A DNA stretch of 64,000 nt, from positions 1 to 64,000 of IMG/VR virus record IMGVR_UViG_3300033485_000007. One strand, written 5' to 3'. This DNA is from a virus. Lineage: Duplodnaviria; Caudoviricetes. The notes below the pieces were generated by a model, which saw only the letters and a program-made list of their open reading frames with translations, was not told the origin of the DNA and ran no database searches. A program made the translations under genes and the position numbers. This document shows, piece by piece, positions 1-8,004 of the stretch (positions are counted from its first letter, which is position 1; every line of letters begins with the position of its first letter).

Positions 1-240
1 TCGCTCAGGGCCTCGCTCAGTGACTCGCTCAGGGCCTCGCTCAGTGCCTCGCTCAGTGCCTCGCTCAGTGACTCGCTCAGGGCCTCGCTCAGTGCCTCGC
101 TCAGTGCCTCGCTCAGTGACTCGCTCTGGGCCTCGCTCAGTGACTCGCTCTGGGACTCGCTCAGTGACTCGCTCTGGGCCTCGCTCAGTGACTCGCTCTG
201 GGCCTCGCTCAGTGACTCGCTCTGGGACTCGCTCTGGGAC
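1..240. repeat. 12-bp tandem repeat, 20 units, TCGCTC(A/T)G(G/T)G(C/A)C
   Basis: Read directly; coding repeat of the ORF above. Confidence 0.95.
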
Positions 241-444
241 TCTGGGTGGACCGCGTTTTACTTAGCCCCGATCAGAGCCGGGGTAGTGAATGTTAGCGAG
301 GAGAACCGTACTAGACTCGAGGCATTCGCGAGTCTAGCCGATTCTGCTTTCGCGGTCTGGGTTATTCCTGGACACGTGATCCTTCTTGAAAAGCCCAAAT
401 CCGTAAAGGTTATCGAAGGAAGACTTGCCGATTTGTCGTGGTAG
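1..444 (+). CDS. 5'-truncated DUF6745-like protein with S-L-[R/S/W]-[A/D] tetrapeptide repeats
   Basis: Frame +1 is open from base 1 to TAG at 442-444: (SLRA/SLSD/SLWD)x20 then SGWTAFY...LADSAFAVWVIPGHVILLEKP...EGRL, resembling the GW.AFY / WW....VILSERP / GRLH pattern of DUF6745 proteins. Absent from the ORF track because its start lies outside the window. Confidence 0.75.
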   Translation, partial: SLRASLSDSLRASLSASLSASLSDSLRASLSASLSASLSDSLWASLSDSLWDSLSDSLWASLSDSLWASLSDSLWDSLWDSGWTAFYLAPIRAGVVNVSEENRTRLEAFASLADSAFAVWVIPGHVILLEKPKSVKVIEGRLADLSW

Positions 445-478
445 TACTCGAGAATAGAAAAGCTAGGTAACTCTGCGG

Positions 479-507
479 TTGACTATCACCGGCACCGGTG
501 ATAGTGT
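479..507 (+). promoter_or_regulatory. sigma70-type promoter overlaid by an 11-bp inverted repeat (putative operator)
   Basis: TTGACT(479-484)-N17-TAGTGT(502-507); ACTATCACCGG-CA-CCGGTGATAGT at 482-505. Confidence 0.6.
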
Positions 508-537
508 CGAGCTCATCACTGATAACATGAGGCCCAC

Positions 538-702
538 ATGACATTGCGCGACATTGAAAAGTGGACAACAATATGTTCTGTAATCGGATGCGTGTCAACG
601 ACGTGTGGGTTTATCTACCTTGGCCATTGGTATTTCGCGGCAGTTACTGCTGTAGTTAGTGCCTCGGTAGCGGTTACGATTGGGTATGAGGTATGGAGAT
701 GA
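538..702 (+). CDS. small membrane protein (54 aa, two hydrophobic segments)
   Basis: MTLRDIEKWTTICSVIGCVSTTCGFIYLGHWYFAAVTAVVSASVAVTIGYEVWR; ATGA-coupled to a 15-codon ORF (699-746) that is ATGA-coupled to rtcB. Confidence 0.55.
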   Translation: MTLRDIEKWTTICSVIGCVSTTCGFIYLGHWYFAAVTAVVSASVAVTIGYEVWR

Positions 703-742
703 CAACTCTTGATCAGATTATGTCTGAAAATGGAAACGCAGT

Positions 743-1858
743 ATGATCACAATGCGCGGTAAGTACAACACGGCTAACGTCATGATTGACGAGATTGACG
801 CGACAACCAAGGATCAGATTCAGGGATTTCTCAACCACCCGGCCTTCGGTAATACGTACATCGCAATCATGCCGGACTGCCACGCTGGCAAAGGCGCCGT
901 CGTTGGCTTCACGATGAAACTCAACAACTACATCATCCCGAACATTGTCGGTGTCGATATCGGGTGCGGCATGCTTGCGGCGAACTTCGGTAACGTGAGC
1001 GTCGACGCTGAGGCACTGGACGCGTTCGTTAAGGCGAATGTTCCGGCTGGGTTCAATCTGCACAACAATCCAGTTTGTGAACCTAGCGATGAGGTTAAGT
1101 CTCTGGCGGCGCGCATTGGCGCAGACGTGGACAAGGTTGCTCGCGCAGTCGGAACGCTAGGCGGCGGGAACCATTTCATTGAAGCCGGTCGAGATTCATG
1201 TGGAAACGTGTGGGTTACGATTCATTCGGGAAGCCGCAACTTAGGGCTACGAGTGGCGAATTACCACCAGGGCATAGCGAAGGATGAGCTTGCAAAGTAC
1301 TTCATTCGTGACACATGCAAGGACCTGGAATTTCTACTCGTCAATAGCGACGCTGGTGCCGACTATCTAGAAGACGTTTCGATTGCTCAAAATTACGCGT
1401 CACTGAACCGTCAACAGATGATGCGTGCAATCTCTGGGTTCATCGGGAAGCCGGTATCGAAGATCGAATCGGTTCACAACTTCATCGGTGAAGATGGCAT
1501 CATCCGAAAGGGGGCTACGTCGGCGCGATACGGTGAGCGTGTTCTTATCCCGTTCAACATGCGCGACGGTATAGCCATATGCACCGGACTCGGGTCGAGC
1601 AAATACAACTGCTCAGCGCCGCACGGTGCCGGACGAATCATGTCGCGAACGCAGGCTAAGAAAACGATAGACCCGAGTCATTTCGCTGACGATATGCGAG
1701 CCGCTGGTGTATACACGACAACGGCAAACGCGTCAACGATTGATGAGGCCCCAGAGGTCTACAAGCCAATGGACTCGATTCTTGAGAACATCAATGAAAC
1801 GGTCACTGTCGACGATATGATCCGTCCGTTTTATTCGTTCAAGGCCGGCGGTGACTGA
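743..1858 (+). CDS. rtcB: RtcB RNA 2',3'-cyclic/3'-phosphate-5'-OH ligase
   Basis: MPDCHAG, GVDIGCG, GTLGGGNHFIE, HSGSR, HN, RKGA, SAPHGAGR and DEAP..YK motifs. Confidence 0.95.
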   Translation: MITMRGKYNTANVMIDEIDATTKDQIQGFLNHPAFGNTYIAIMPDCHAGKGAVVGFTMKLNNYIIPNIVGVDIGCGMLAANFGNVSVDAEALDAFVKANVPAGFNLHNNPVCEPSDEVKSLAARIGADVDKVARAVGTLGGGNHFIEAGRDSCGNVWVTIHSGSRNLGLRVANYHQGIAKDELAKYFIRDTCKDLEFLLVNSDAGADYLEDVSIAQNYASLNRQQMMRAISGFIGKPVSKIESVHNFIGEDGIIRKGATSARYGERVLIPFNMRDGIAICTGLGSSKYNCSAPHGAGRIMSRTQAKKTIDPSHFADDMRAAGVYTTTANASTIDEAPEVYKPMDSILENINETVTVDDMIRPFYSFKAGGD

Positions 1859-1859
1859 G

Positions 1860-1887
1860 TTGACTCGCACTTGGCGGGTTGTATAAT
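1860..1887 (+). promoter_or_regulatory. sigma70-type promoter, leaderless transcript for denV
   Basis: TTGACT-N16-TATAAT, 6 nt upstream of ATG 1894, no SD. Confidence 0.65.
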
Positions 1888-1893
1888 AGACCG

Positions 1894-2307
1894 ATGACTC
1901 GCATCAACATCGGCGTCCACCCGTCTGAAATATGTGACCAGCATCTAGTGGCGGAGTATCGTGAACTTCCCCGTCTATGGGGTCTAGATTCGCGCCAGAA
2001 ACCGCCTACTCGATTCAAGCTTGGGACGGGGCACGTCCTGTTCTGCGCTCAGTATCAGGGCACCTTAGCTGACAGATACACGGCCTTGGTCGGTGAGATG
2101 CGGCGTCGCGGTTTCAGGGTGAGCTACCCGGACCCGCCCCCGGGCGCGATAGGTGGCAAGCGAATGAGCGATAACGAGATCCAGGAGGCGAGACCTATTG
2201 TGATGGAACGGTTGCGAGAGAAACATGCGACGATGAAGAGGCCTCCGCGGTGGACTGCTGCCAATGATTCGACCGCGAAATCGACTTGGTACGAAACCCA
2301 GACCTGA
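1894..2307 (+). CDS. denV: pyrimidine-dimer DNA glycosylase / T4 endonuclease V homolog
   Basis: MTRIN..DQHLVAEYRELPR...F.LGTGHV.F...EM.RRGF; catalytic Thr2 and Glu retained. Confidence 0.92.
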   Translation: MTRINIGVHPSEICDQHLVAEYRELPRLWGLDSRQKPPTRFKLGTGHVLFCAQYQGTLADRYTALVGEMRRRGFRVSYPDPPPGAIGGKRMSDNEIQEARPIVMERLREKHATMKRPPRWTAANDSTAKSTWYETQT

Positions 2308-2357
2308 AACCGAAGAGACTCGACGAGTGCATGGTGTGCGAGATTTAGAGGAAAACA

Positions 2358-3233
2358 ATGACAGGTGACCAACTAATCGGATTGCTCGGCGCGTACAACG
2401 ATGGTGACCGAGAAAGGTTCCGAGGGATAGCGCAACAGGCAATCTGTGGCCTGAGAGGCGAACGCGACAAGGAGCGGGCTAGACAGATACTCGCCGCCTG
2501 CAACGATGATGCTAGCGGTGTTCTGTTGCGCACGCTTGGCCCAAAAGACAGTGGACTCGTGTATCAGTTGCCGCCGGTTGATCTTGATAAGCTCCATCTG
2601 TCCGCGCCGCTAAAGGGCGAACTGGGCTCGATTGTTGGTGAGCGGTCAAAGCTCGACGTGTTGGAGCGCCACAGCATCCCGCCACGGTCCAAGATACTGC
2701 TACATGGACCGCCAGGGAATGGGAAGACATCGATTGCGGCTGGGTTAGCAAAGGCAGCGCGATTACCAGGTTTCGGCGCGTTACTATCGCAAGCTCGAGA
2801 CGGTTTTCTTGGCGCAACATCGGCTCATTTGCATAAGATTTTCCAAGTAGTTGCCACCGGTTGCTGCGCGTTGCTGTTTCTCGATGAGTTCGACGCGCTG
2901 GCAACGGCTCGATTCGACGCGAAAGAGGGCGCAGGTCGAGAACAAAACGCAATCACGTCGTCGATTCTCCAGATGCTCGACAATAGACCGCAGGGCATCG
3001 TGGTCGCCGCAACGAATCGGCTCGATATGCTGGACGGGGCGATTCTACGGCGTTTCGACGTTACGATAGAAGTACCTAGCCCAAGCAGGGAAGCGGCCGA
3101 TCTGTTTTGCTCGTCCGTATTCGACCGTCACAACATGGCTCGCGATGGGTTCGAACCGCCCGACGTGAGCTCATTTGCGGCGGTTGAGCGAGATGCCGTG
3201 GGCTACATTCGCAAGGTGATACTCGGCTCGTGA
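2358..3233 (+). CDS. AAA+ ATPase (IetA-like architecture)
   Basis: Walker A GPPGNGKT, Walker B LFLDEFD, ATN..D.LD.AI.RRFD; short helical N-domain. Confidence 0.85.
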   Translation: MTGDQLIGLLGAYNDGDRERFRGIAQQAICGLRGERDKERARQILAACNDDASGVLLRTLGPKDSGLVYQLPPVDLDKLHLSAPLKGELGSIVGERSKLDVLERHSIPPRSKILLHGPPGNGKTSIAAGLAKAARLPGFGALLSQARDGFLGATSAHLHKIFQVVATGCCALLFLDEFDALATARFDAKEGAGREQNAITSSILQMLDNRPQGIVVAATNRLDMLDGAILRRFDVTIEVPSPSREAADLFCSSVFDRHNMARDGFEPPDVSSFAAVERDAVGYIRKVILGS

Positions 3234-3303
3234 CGGGTTGCGCGCGTGGAAAAGTGTGCTAAATCTAGTGAATGTCGACCGAATCCACCAAAGTAGGCGC
3301 CGC

Positions 3304-4116
3304 ATGAAACAGAATTGGCTTGGTGACATCGAGCACCTGGAACGATTTGAGCCGTTTATTGACCACGATAGCGTTACTCAGCTCAAGGATTACTTCCGGC
3401 TAGGAGGCCTAGCTAGGTTCGAAAAGAGCCCGCTAGCCACTCAGCTCTACCGCGCTGAAATGTACGCGTCGAACATCGCTCCATGCCTCTATTGCGGTGG
3501 CACTCGTCACTCGGAAGACCCAAGTCTGGACGTAGGTGGCGCCGGATTCATCATGATGCTGTCATCCCTCACACCGACGATGCTTTCCAGGGTCAAGCGC
3601 GAGATAGGTCGCGAGGCAGCGTCAACTATTCAGTTGACCGATGGCGTAGACTGCCCGGTGTGCAACAAGACTGGGTGGGTGGTAACCAGTCGACGAAAGA
3701 GCGGCGGCGAGCAACTGACAGCCAAACCAAACGGGATGGCTAGCCCTGGCATGACGCACGACAGCGACATTGACGTTGCGCTAGGAACATGTGCTTTCGT
3801 TGCTCGGATCATTGACAAAGCCGACGTGCTTTTCCCGATGACCACAACGGTCCTCGCATCGTGTTTCGGTCCGGTGAATTACGGGTCCATTGGCGTGTGG
3901 CACCTGACCCCAGCTGGCAAGACGCTGCTTCGTCGTAACTCGACCTACAAAGATGAGGTGTTGTTTTTTGTTGGCCTAAAGAACGAGGCCGAGGCTAAGT
4001 GCGACAAGACACTATCGGCTCAGCTAAAAGCGGCGGAGACCCAAGCGTCCGCCGCAATCGACGCTGCATACAAGGCATGGAACGCCGCTCTATTCGTACA
4101 CAGGTGTGGTATATGA
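3304..4116 (+). CDS. hypothetical protein with CxxC...CxxC zinc motif
   Basis: CLYCGG and CPVCNKTG; start uncertain (3238 or 3304). Confidence 0.65.
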   Translation: MKQNWLGDIEHLERFEPFIDHDSVTQLKDYFRLGGLARFEKSPLATQLYRAEMYASNIAPCLYCGGTRHSEDPSLDVGGAGFIMMLSSLTPTMLSRVKREIGREAASTIQLTDGVDCPVCNKTGWVVTSRRKSGGEQLTAKPNGMASPGMTHDSDIDVALGTCAFVARIIDKADVLFPMTTTVLASCFGPVNYGSIGVWHLTPAGKTLLRRNSTYKDEVLFFVGLKNEAEAKCDKTLSAQLKAAETQASAAIDAAYKAWNAALFVHRCGI

Positions 4117-4517
4117 CAACCGATCGCGAGTATTCCCCATCGGACGCCGCGGATGCTGTTCTCGGGTGGAAAGGCCGGTTCCGCGGCAAGAGACTGATCA
4201 GGAAGGTGCTCGCCAAAGAGAAGCGAACAGGTCGGCAGATATTCAAGCGCTCGGTCGCTCCGAACGGAAGAACGGCTTACCTGATTACGCGGGCAGTAAT
4301 AGCAAATGAATTCCCAGATTTGTTGAAGCCGACGGTCGAAAGCCTAATGAACGATATACGGCTAAGGATGGATGAGCTAGAAAACAGCATCTCGAAAACC
4401 GTCGCAACTGAGGTAAATAAACACATGTCATCGTGCGTACGGCAGAATTCACTGCTCAGGGTCGAGCTCAAGCGGCTATCAGACGACATGGACGAAAGGA
4501 TACGAAAACTGAGGTAA
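4113..4517 (+). CDS. hypothetical protein, basic N-half (possible DNA binding) and coiled-coil C-half
   Basis: ATGA overlap with upstream stop; composition. Confidence 0.6.
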   Translation: MTTDREYSPSDAADAVLGWKGRFRGKRLIRKVLAKEKRTGRQIFKRSVAPNGRTAYLITRAVIANEFPDLLKPTVESLMNDIRLRMDELENSISKTVATEVNKHMSSCVRQNSLLRVELKRLSDDMDERIRKLR

Positions 4518-4810
4518 AGTTACAGTGTGACTATACCGAAATCGATGATGTGGGGACAAATGTCCCATGTTAGACCCGAGAATCCGCTCTAAGAATGAGG
4601 GCCCTTGGAGGGGGAGTAAGAGGGGGTGGCCGTCTGGGTTAGTCTCGCTCCTCATCTCTATCACGTCGTCGCTCTTCAGTGAGTCATCGAATCATGCCAT
4701 TCATTGGTTTCGATAACACGACAGTTTCCCACCCAGTCCATCGCGTTGGCCTGTACAGCAGGTTGGGCGTCGAGCAAACAAGCTAGCTACCGAGCCGCCT
4801 ACGGGTCATC

Positions 4811-5332
4811 GGTGGCGCTCGATACAGCGTCAGTTCCCAGTAGCACGACCGGTCACAGTCCGGTATGGGCGGCTCAAGTAGCCGAACGATGCCAGTCGCG
4901 CTCGGGTTTTACCGCCGCGGCTACTTTTACCCGCCGTACTCGAAAGTGGCCCACGTTGGCCGACCTGGATTCGTTCAGGTAGTTGGGCGGATTTTTGCTG
5001 TCACCGTGTCAGACTTACGAGTCCCCGTAAGCGCCGAGTAACGTCGGTCCTGATTGGGTTCAGGGAGCACGGTGCCGCTCTATCACACCCGTCGCGCCTC
5101 TCAACGATGCGAAATTCGATGGGTTTTTGGATTGGTGGCTGAGTGGCCTAAAGCTCTCGGTTGCTAACCGAGCTCTCGGGAAACCGCGACGGACGTTCGA
5201 ATCGTCCCCAATCCGCGACATGTCAGCGCGACCGAATCGGTCCGGTAAGGCCGTCAACGTCAGGGGCTGACTCAAGCATCGCGAAACGGTTACCGCCAAG
5301 TAGCGATGTGGACTCGACTGGGTAGCGCCACC
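4811..5332 (+). ncRNA. candidate large structured RNA enclosing tRNA-Ser (minimum boundaries)
   Basis: No credible ORF in 4518-5348. Three nested long-range helices: 4811-4819/5324-5332 (9 bp), 4892-4898/5315-5321 (7 bp), 4951-4956/5306-5311 (6 bp, one G-U). Many local hairpins, including a UUCG loop near 4969. Confidence 0.7.
5129..5215 (+). tRNA. tRNA-Ser(GCU), class II, 3'-CCA not encoded
   Basis: Acceptor GGATTGG/CCAATCC, D arm GCT..AGC, anticodon stem CTCGG-TT GCT AA-CCGAG, long variable arm with GAAA loop, T arm GGACG-TTCGAAT-CGTCC, discriminator G followed by CGA. Confidence 0.95.
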
Positions 5333-5348
5333 TAAAGCGCAACAACAC

Positions 5349-5531
5349 ATGAAACGCCCACCAGCAGGGATAGAGATAACGGTCAACCGTGAGATATCGC
5401 AGCCGATTATCGAAGACGCTACCGTTGGCGTGGGCAGCATCGTGACGCTAGCGGGATTCGGGCTCGACGACGATGCCGAGTTCGAGGTCGTGTGGATAGG
5501 CGTCGACAGGATACGCGTCAGGGCTAGGTAG
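5349..5531 (+). CDS. hypothetical protein
   Basis: 60-aa ORF in operon orientation. Confidence 0.5.
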   Translation: MKRPPAGIEITVNREISQPIIEDATVGVGSIVTLAGFGLDDDAEFEVVWIGVDRIRVRAR

Positions 5532-5537
5532 CGACGC

Positions 5538-5566
5538 TTGACACTGTTCGTGCAGCGTGCTATTAG
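5538..5566 (+). promoter_or_regulatory. sigma70-type promoter, leaderless
   Basis: TTGACA-N17-TATTAG, 6 nt before ATG 5573. Confidence 0.55.
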
Positions 5567-5572
5567 CCGCGT

Positions 5573-5809
5573 ATGGACAGAGTTCGCATCACAGAAGCGG
5601 CGAAAAAGGTCATTGACGCAATCAGAACCAGGGACACGGACTACACGAGCCCGTCTGCTACCGACGCTGGCAAATCACCATGGCGACTGTTCCTTAACGG
5701 TCACGAGGTCGGCACGGTTGACGCTCACGTTGGCCCGAACATCGTGTCGTATCGTACTGGCGGCGTAGAGGTTACACTGATTCGGGCTAGTATCGTTAAG
5801 GCGGACTAA
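5573..5809 (+). CDS. hypothetical protein
   Basis: 78 aa; TAATG coupling to next ORF. Confidence 0.55.
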   Translation: MDRVRITEAAKKVIDAIRTRDTDYTSPSATDAGKSPWRLFLNGHEVGTVDAHVGPNIVSYRTGGVEVTLIRASIVKAD

Positions 5810-6012
5810 TGCAAGATAGCGAACCAGCTAACTACTGTGCGCTCTACCGGACCAGTGACGGCAAGACATACGCCTTTACCGGCGACGAGAACGCTGCCGG
5901 TCGAACTGGCGTGGTTGTGAATAGCTCGAGTGTCGTCCATATTGACGACACGGACTTCGACAAGATGGTTCGCGCGTTGGCTGATGATGGGCGAATGGTT
6001 GAGTGTGGGTGA
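5809..6012 (+). CDS. hypothetical protein
   Basis: 67 aa; coupled start. Confidence 0.5.
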   Translation: MQDSEPANYCALYRTSDGKTYAFTGDENAAGRTGVVVNSSSVVHIDDTDFDKMVRALADDGRMVECG

Positions 6013-6042
6013 GCGGTTGCATTCCAGTGTAAGTTGAACGTT

Positions 6043-6555
6043 ATGCCGACTGAACGACCGAATACAGCTAAGGCCGACGAAATCCTCGACAGGCGAGACC
6101 ACGTGTGGGAGCTCCGTGTCGATGGGAATACCGTGCGTGAGATTGCTGCGCGTCTCAAGGTCAGTGTCGGAACGATACATAGTGACCTGGCCGCGGTCAG
6201 GGCTGAGCTAGACGAGAACAACAAATACCGCGCTGAAGCCGAAAGGGCTGTTGGCGCAAGCAGACTAGACCGAGTGGCAAAGGCGCTGCTTGGTGCTATT
6301 GCCGTTGCCCCTGTAGACAAAGAAGGCAATCTTGACGCGTCCGCGCTCGCTACGGTGGCGAACGCAGTGGCTAGGGTAGAAGAGCGCCGGGCTAAGCTAC
6401 TCGGCCTCGACGCGGCCACCAAGACCGAACTAACGGGCGCCGAGGGTGGCCCGCTCAAGGTAGACGCCCGTGACTTACTCCTCGCAAAACTCTCTGCGCT
6501 CACGGCTGGAGAGGCTACCGAAGGACAGGCTCCGGCGGATACTGACGCAGCTTAG
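6043..6555 (+). CDS. terS: terminase small subunit
   Basis: N-terminal HTH (TVREIAARLKVSVGTIHSDL), LLGLDA.TK.ELTG..GGPL motif, directly upstream of terL. Confidence 0.75.
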   Translation: MPTERPNTAKADEILDRRDHVWELRVDGNTVREIAARLKVSVGTIHSDLAAVRAELDENNKYRAEAERAVGASRLDRVAKALLGAIAVAPVDKEGNLDASALATVANAVARVEERRAKLLGLDAATKTELTGAEGGPLKVDARDLLLAKLSALTAGEATEGQAPADTDAA

Positions 6556-7825
6556 CGACGACGAAGCTCGACAGGTTCAGTACCTGTGGGAGCTTTGGCG
6601 GCGTCCCGGGCAAGCTCCGCCTGCGAATAACTGGTCGACCTGGCTTATCCTGGCTGGGCGCGGGTTCGGTAAGACTCGAGTTGGCGCCGAGTGGGTCAGA
6701 TACTTAGCCGAGAACAAGTTGGCTGACCGCATCGCGATCGTTGCCCGAACCGCTTCCGATCATGTCAAGACGACAATTGAGGGCGAGTCGGGTATTTTAG
6801 CGGTTTCTCCGCCATGGTTCAAGCCGCGATACATCCCCAGCAAGTGCCAGTTGATATGGCCAAACGGCGTAATCGCTCACACGTACACAGCGGATGAGCC
6901 GGATAACCTTCGCGGTCCACAGCATAGCGCAGCATGGTGCGACGAGCTGGCCGCGTGGAGATACCCAGACGCATGGGACCAACTTCAGTTCGGTTTGCGC
7001 CTTGGCAGTAATCCCCGCGCGGTCGTAACAACCACGCCTCGACCAACGAAGCTAATCAAGGAGCTTCTCGCGTCGCCAACCACCGCGGTAACGCGCGGCT
7101 CGACGTACGACAACAAGGCCAACTTAGCCCCGACCTTCCTCGAGAAGATTGTCGCCAAGTACGAGGGGACGCGACTCGGGCAACAGGAGCTATACGGGAC
7201 GGTTCTCGACGACAATCCAGGGGCCCTATGGAAGCGCAATGCAATTGAGACGGCGAGGGTCCGGGAGCACCCTAGACTGGTCCGTATCGTTATCGCGATA
7301 GACCCGGCTGTTTCGACGAACGACAAGTCAGACGACACCGGGCTGGGCGTTGCCGGGCTCGGGAACGACGGAGAGGTCTACGTGCTAGAGGACGCTACCA
7401 TGCGCATGGCTAGCCCCAACGAATGGGGTAGGCGCGCTGTAGAGTTGTTTGACAAGTACCAAGCTGACCGTATCGTGGCCGAGCGCAATCAAGGCGGCGA
7501 CCTTGTTGAGTCGAACATCAGGGCCCAGCGTGCTCACCTACCGATTACCACAGTCCATGCGACACGAGGTAAAGCGCTAAGGGCTGAGCCAGTGTCCTCC
7601 CTATACGAACAGGGAAAGGTACACCACGTTGGGTGCCTACCTGAGCTCGAGGACGAAATGTGCGACTGGAACCCGACCGTTCCAAATCAGAAATCTCCGA
7701 ACAGGATAGACTGGTTGGTTTACGCGGTTACTGAGTTACTTCCAAGGCTCAACTTGCCACCGGAAGAGGAACTCGATCTTGATGTCTCAAGGATGCTAAA
7801 GCATCACAATTCGGCCTTAGCATGA
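6470..7825 (+). CDS. terL: terminase large subunit (Terminase_6 type)
   Basis: LAGRGFGKT, LRGPQ...W.DE.A.W, TTTP, nuclease IAIDPA..DDTG; start uncertain. Confidence 0.95.
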   Translation: MTYSSQNSLRSRLERLPKDRLRRILTQLSDDEARQVQYLWELWRRPGQAPPANNWSTWLILAGRGFGKTRVGAEWVRYLAENKLADRIAIVARTASDHVKTTIEGESGILAVSPPWFKPRYIPSKCQLIWPNGVIAHTYTADEPDNLRGPQHSAAWCDELAAWRYPDAWDQLQFGLRLGSNPRAVVTTTPRPTKLIKELLASPTTAVTRGSTYDNKANLAPTFLEKIVAKYEGTRLGQQELYGTVLDDNPGALWKRNAIETARVREHPRLVRIVIAIDPAVSTNDKSDDTGLGVAGLGNDGEVYVLEDATMRMASPNEWGRRAVELFDKYQADRIVAERNQGGDLVESNIRAQRAHLPITTVHATRGKALRAEPVSSLYEQGKVHHVGCLPELEDEMCDWNPTVPNQKSPNRIDWLVYAVTELLPRLNLPPEEELDLDVSRMLKHHNSALA

Positions 7826-7998
7826 AAGTCTCCGCTGACCATCCGCTAGTCGTGACCTATCACGATTATGAGCGCCCGTCACCCAGCTCGCTGCGAATGC
7901 TACACTCCGTAGCCGGCGAGGTTGATTACGAGGCGGAGCAAGCGGTCGAATCAGTCTGCAACCAGTTCATTGAGGCCTACATTCCTGGCCGAAAGTAG
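7822..7998 (+). CDS. hypothetical protein (58 aa)
   Basis: ATGA overlap with terL stop; fills the gap to the portal. Confidence 0.5.
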   Translation: MKVSADHPLVVTYHDYERPSPSSLRMLHSVAGEVDYEAEQAVESVCNQFIEAYIPGRK

Positions 7999-8004
7999 GT
8001 TCAT

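Noticed and set aside
1-240. CRISPR array or iteron origin
   Set aside because: Units are contiguous with no unique spacers, and the repeat is explained as coding.
20-265. ORF-track protein TRSGPRSVPR... and the reverse-strand readings of the 12-bp repeat
   Set aside because: Frame +1 stays open into a recognisable domain ending at 444; the other frames are shadows of the repeat.
4479-4664. - strand 61-aa ORF and other ORF-track calls (4704-4982, 5060-5440) in the ncRNA region
   Set aside because: No SD or coupling, overlap with the tRNA and helices, non-protein-like composition.
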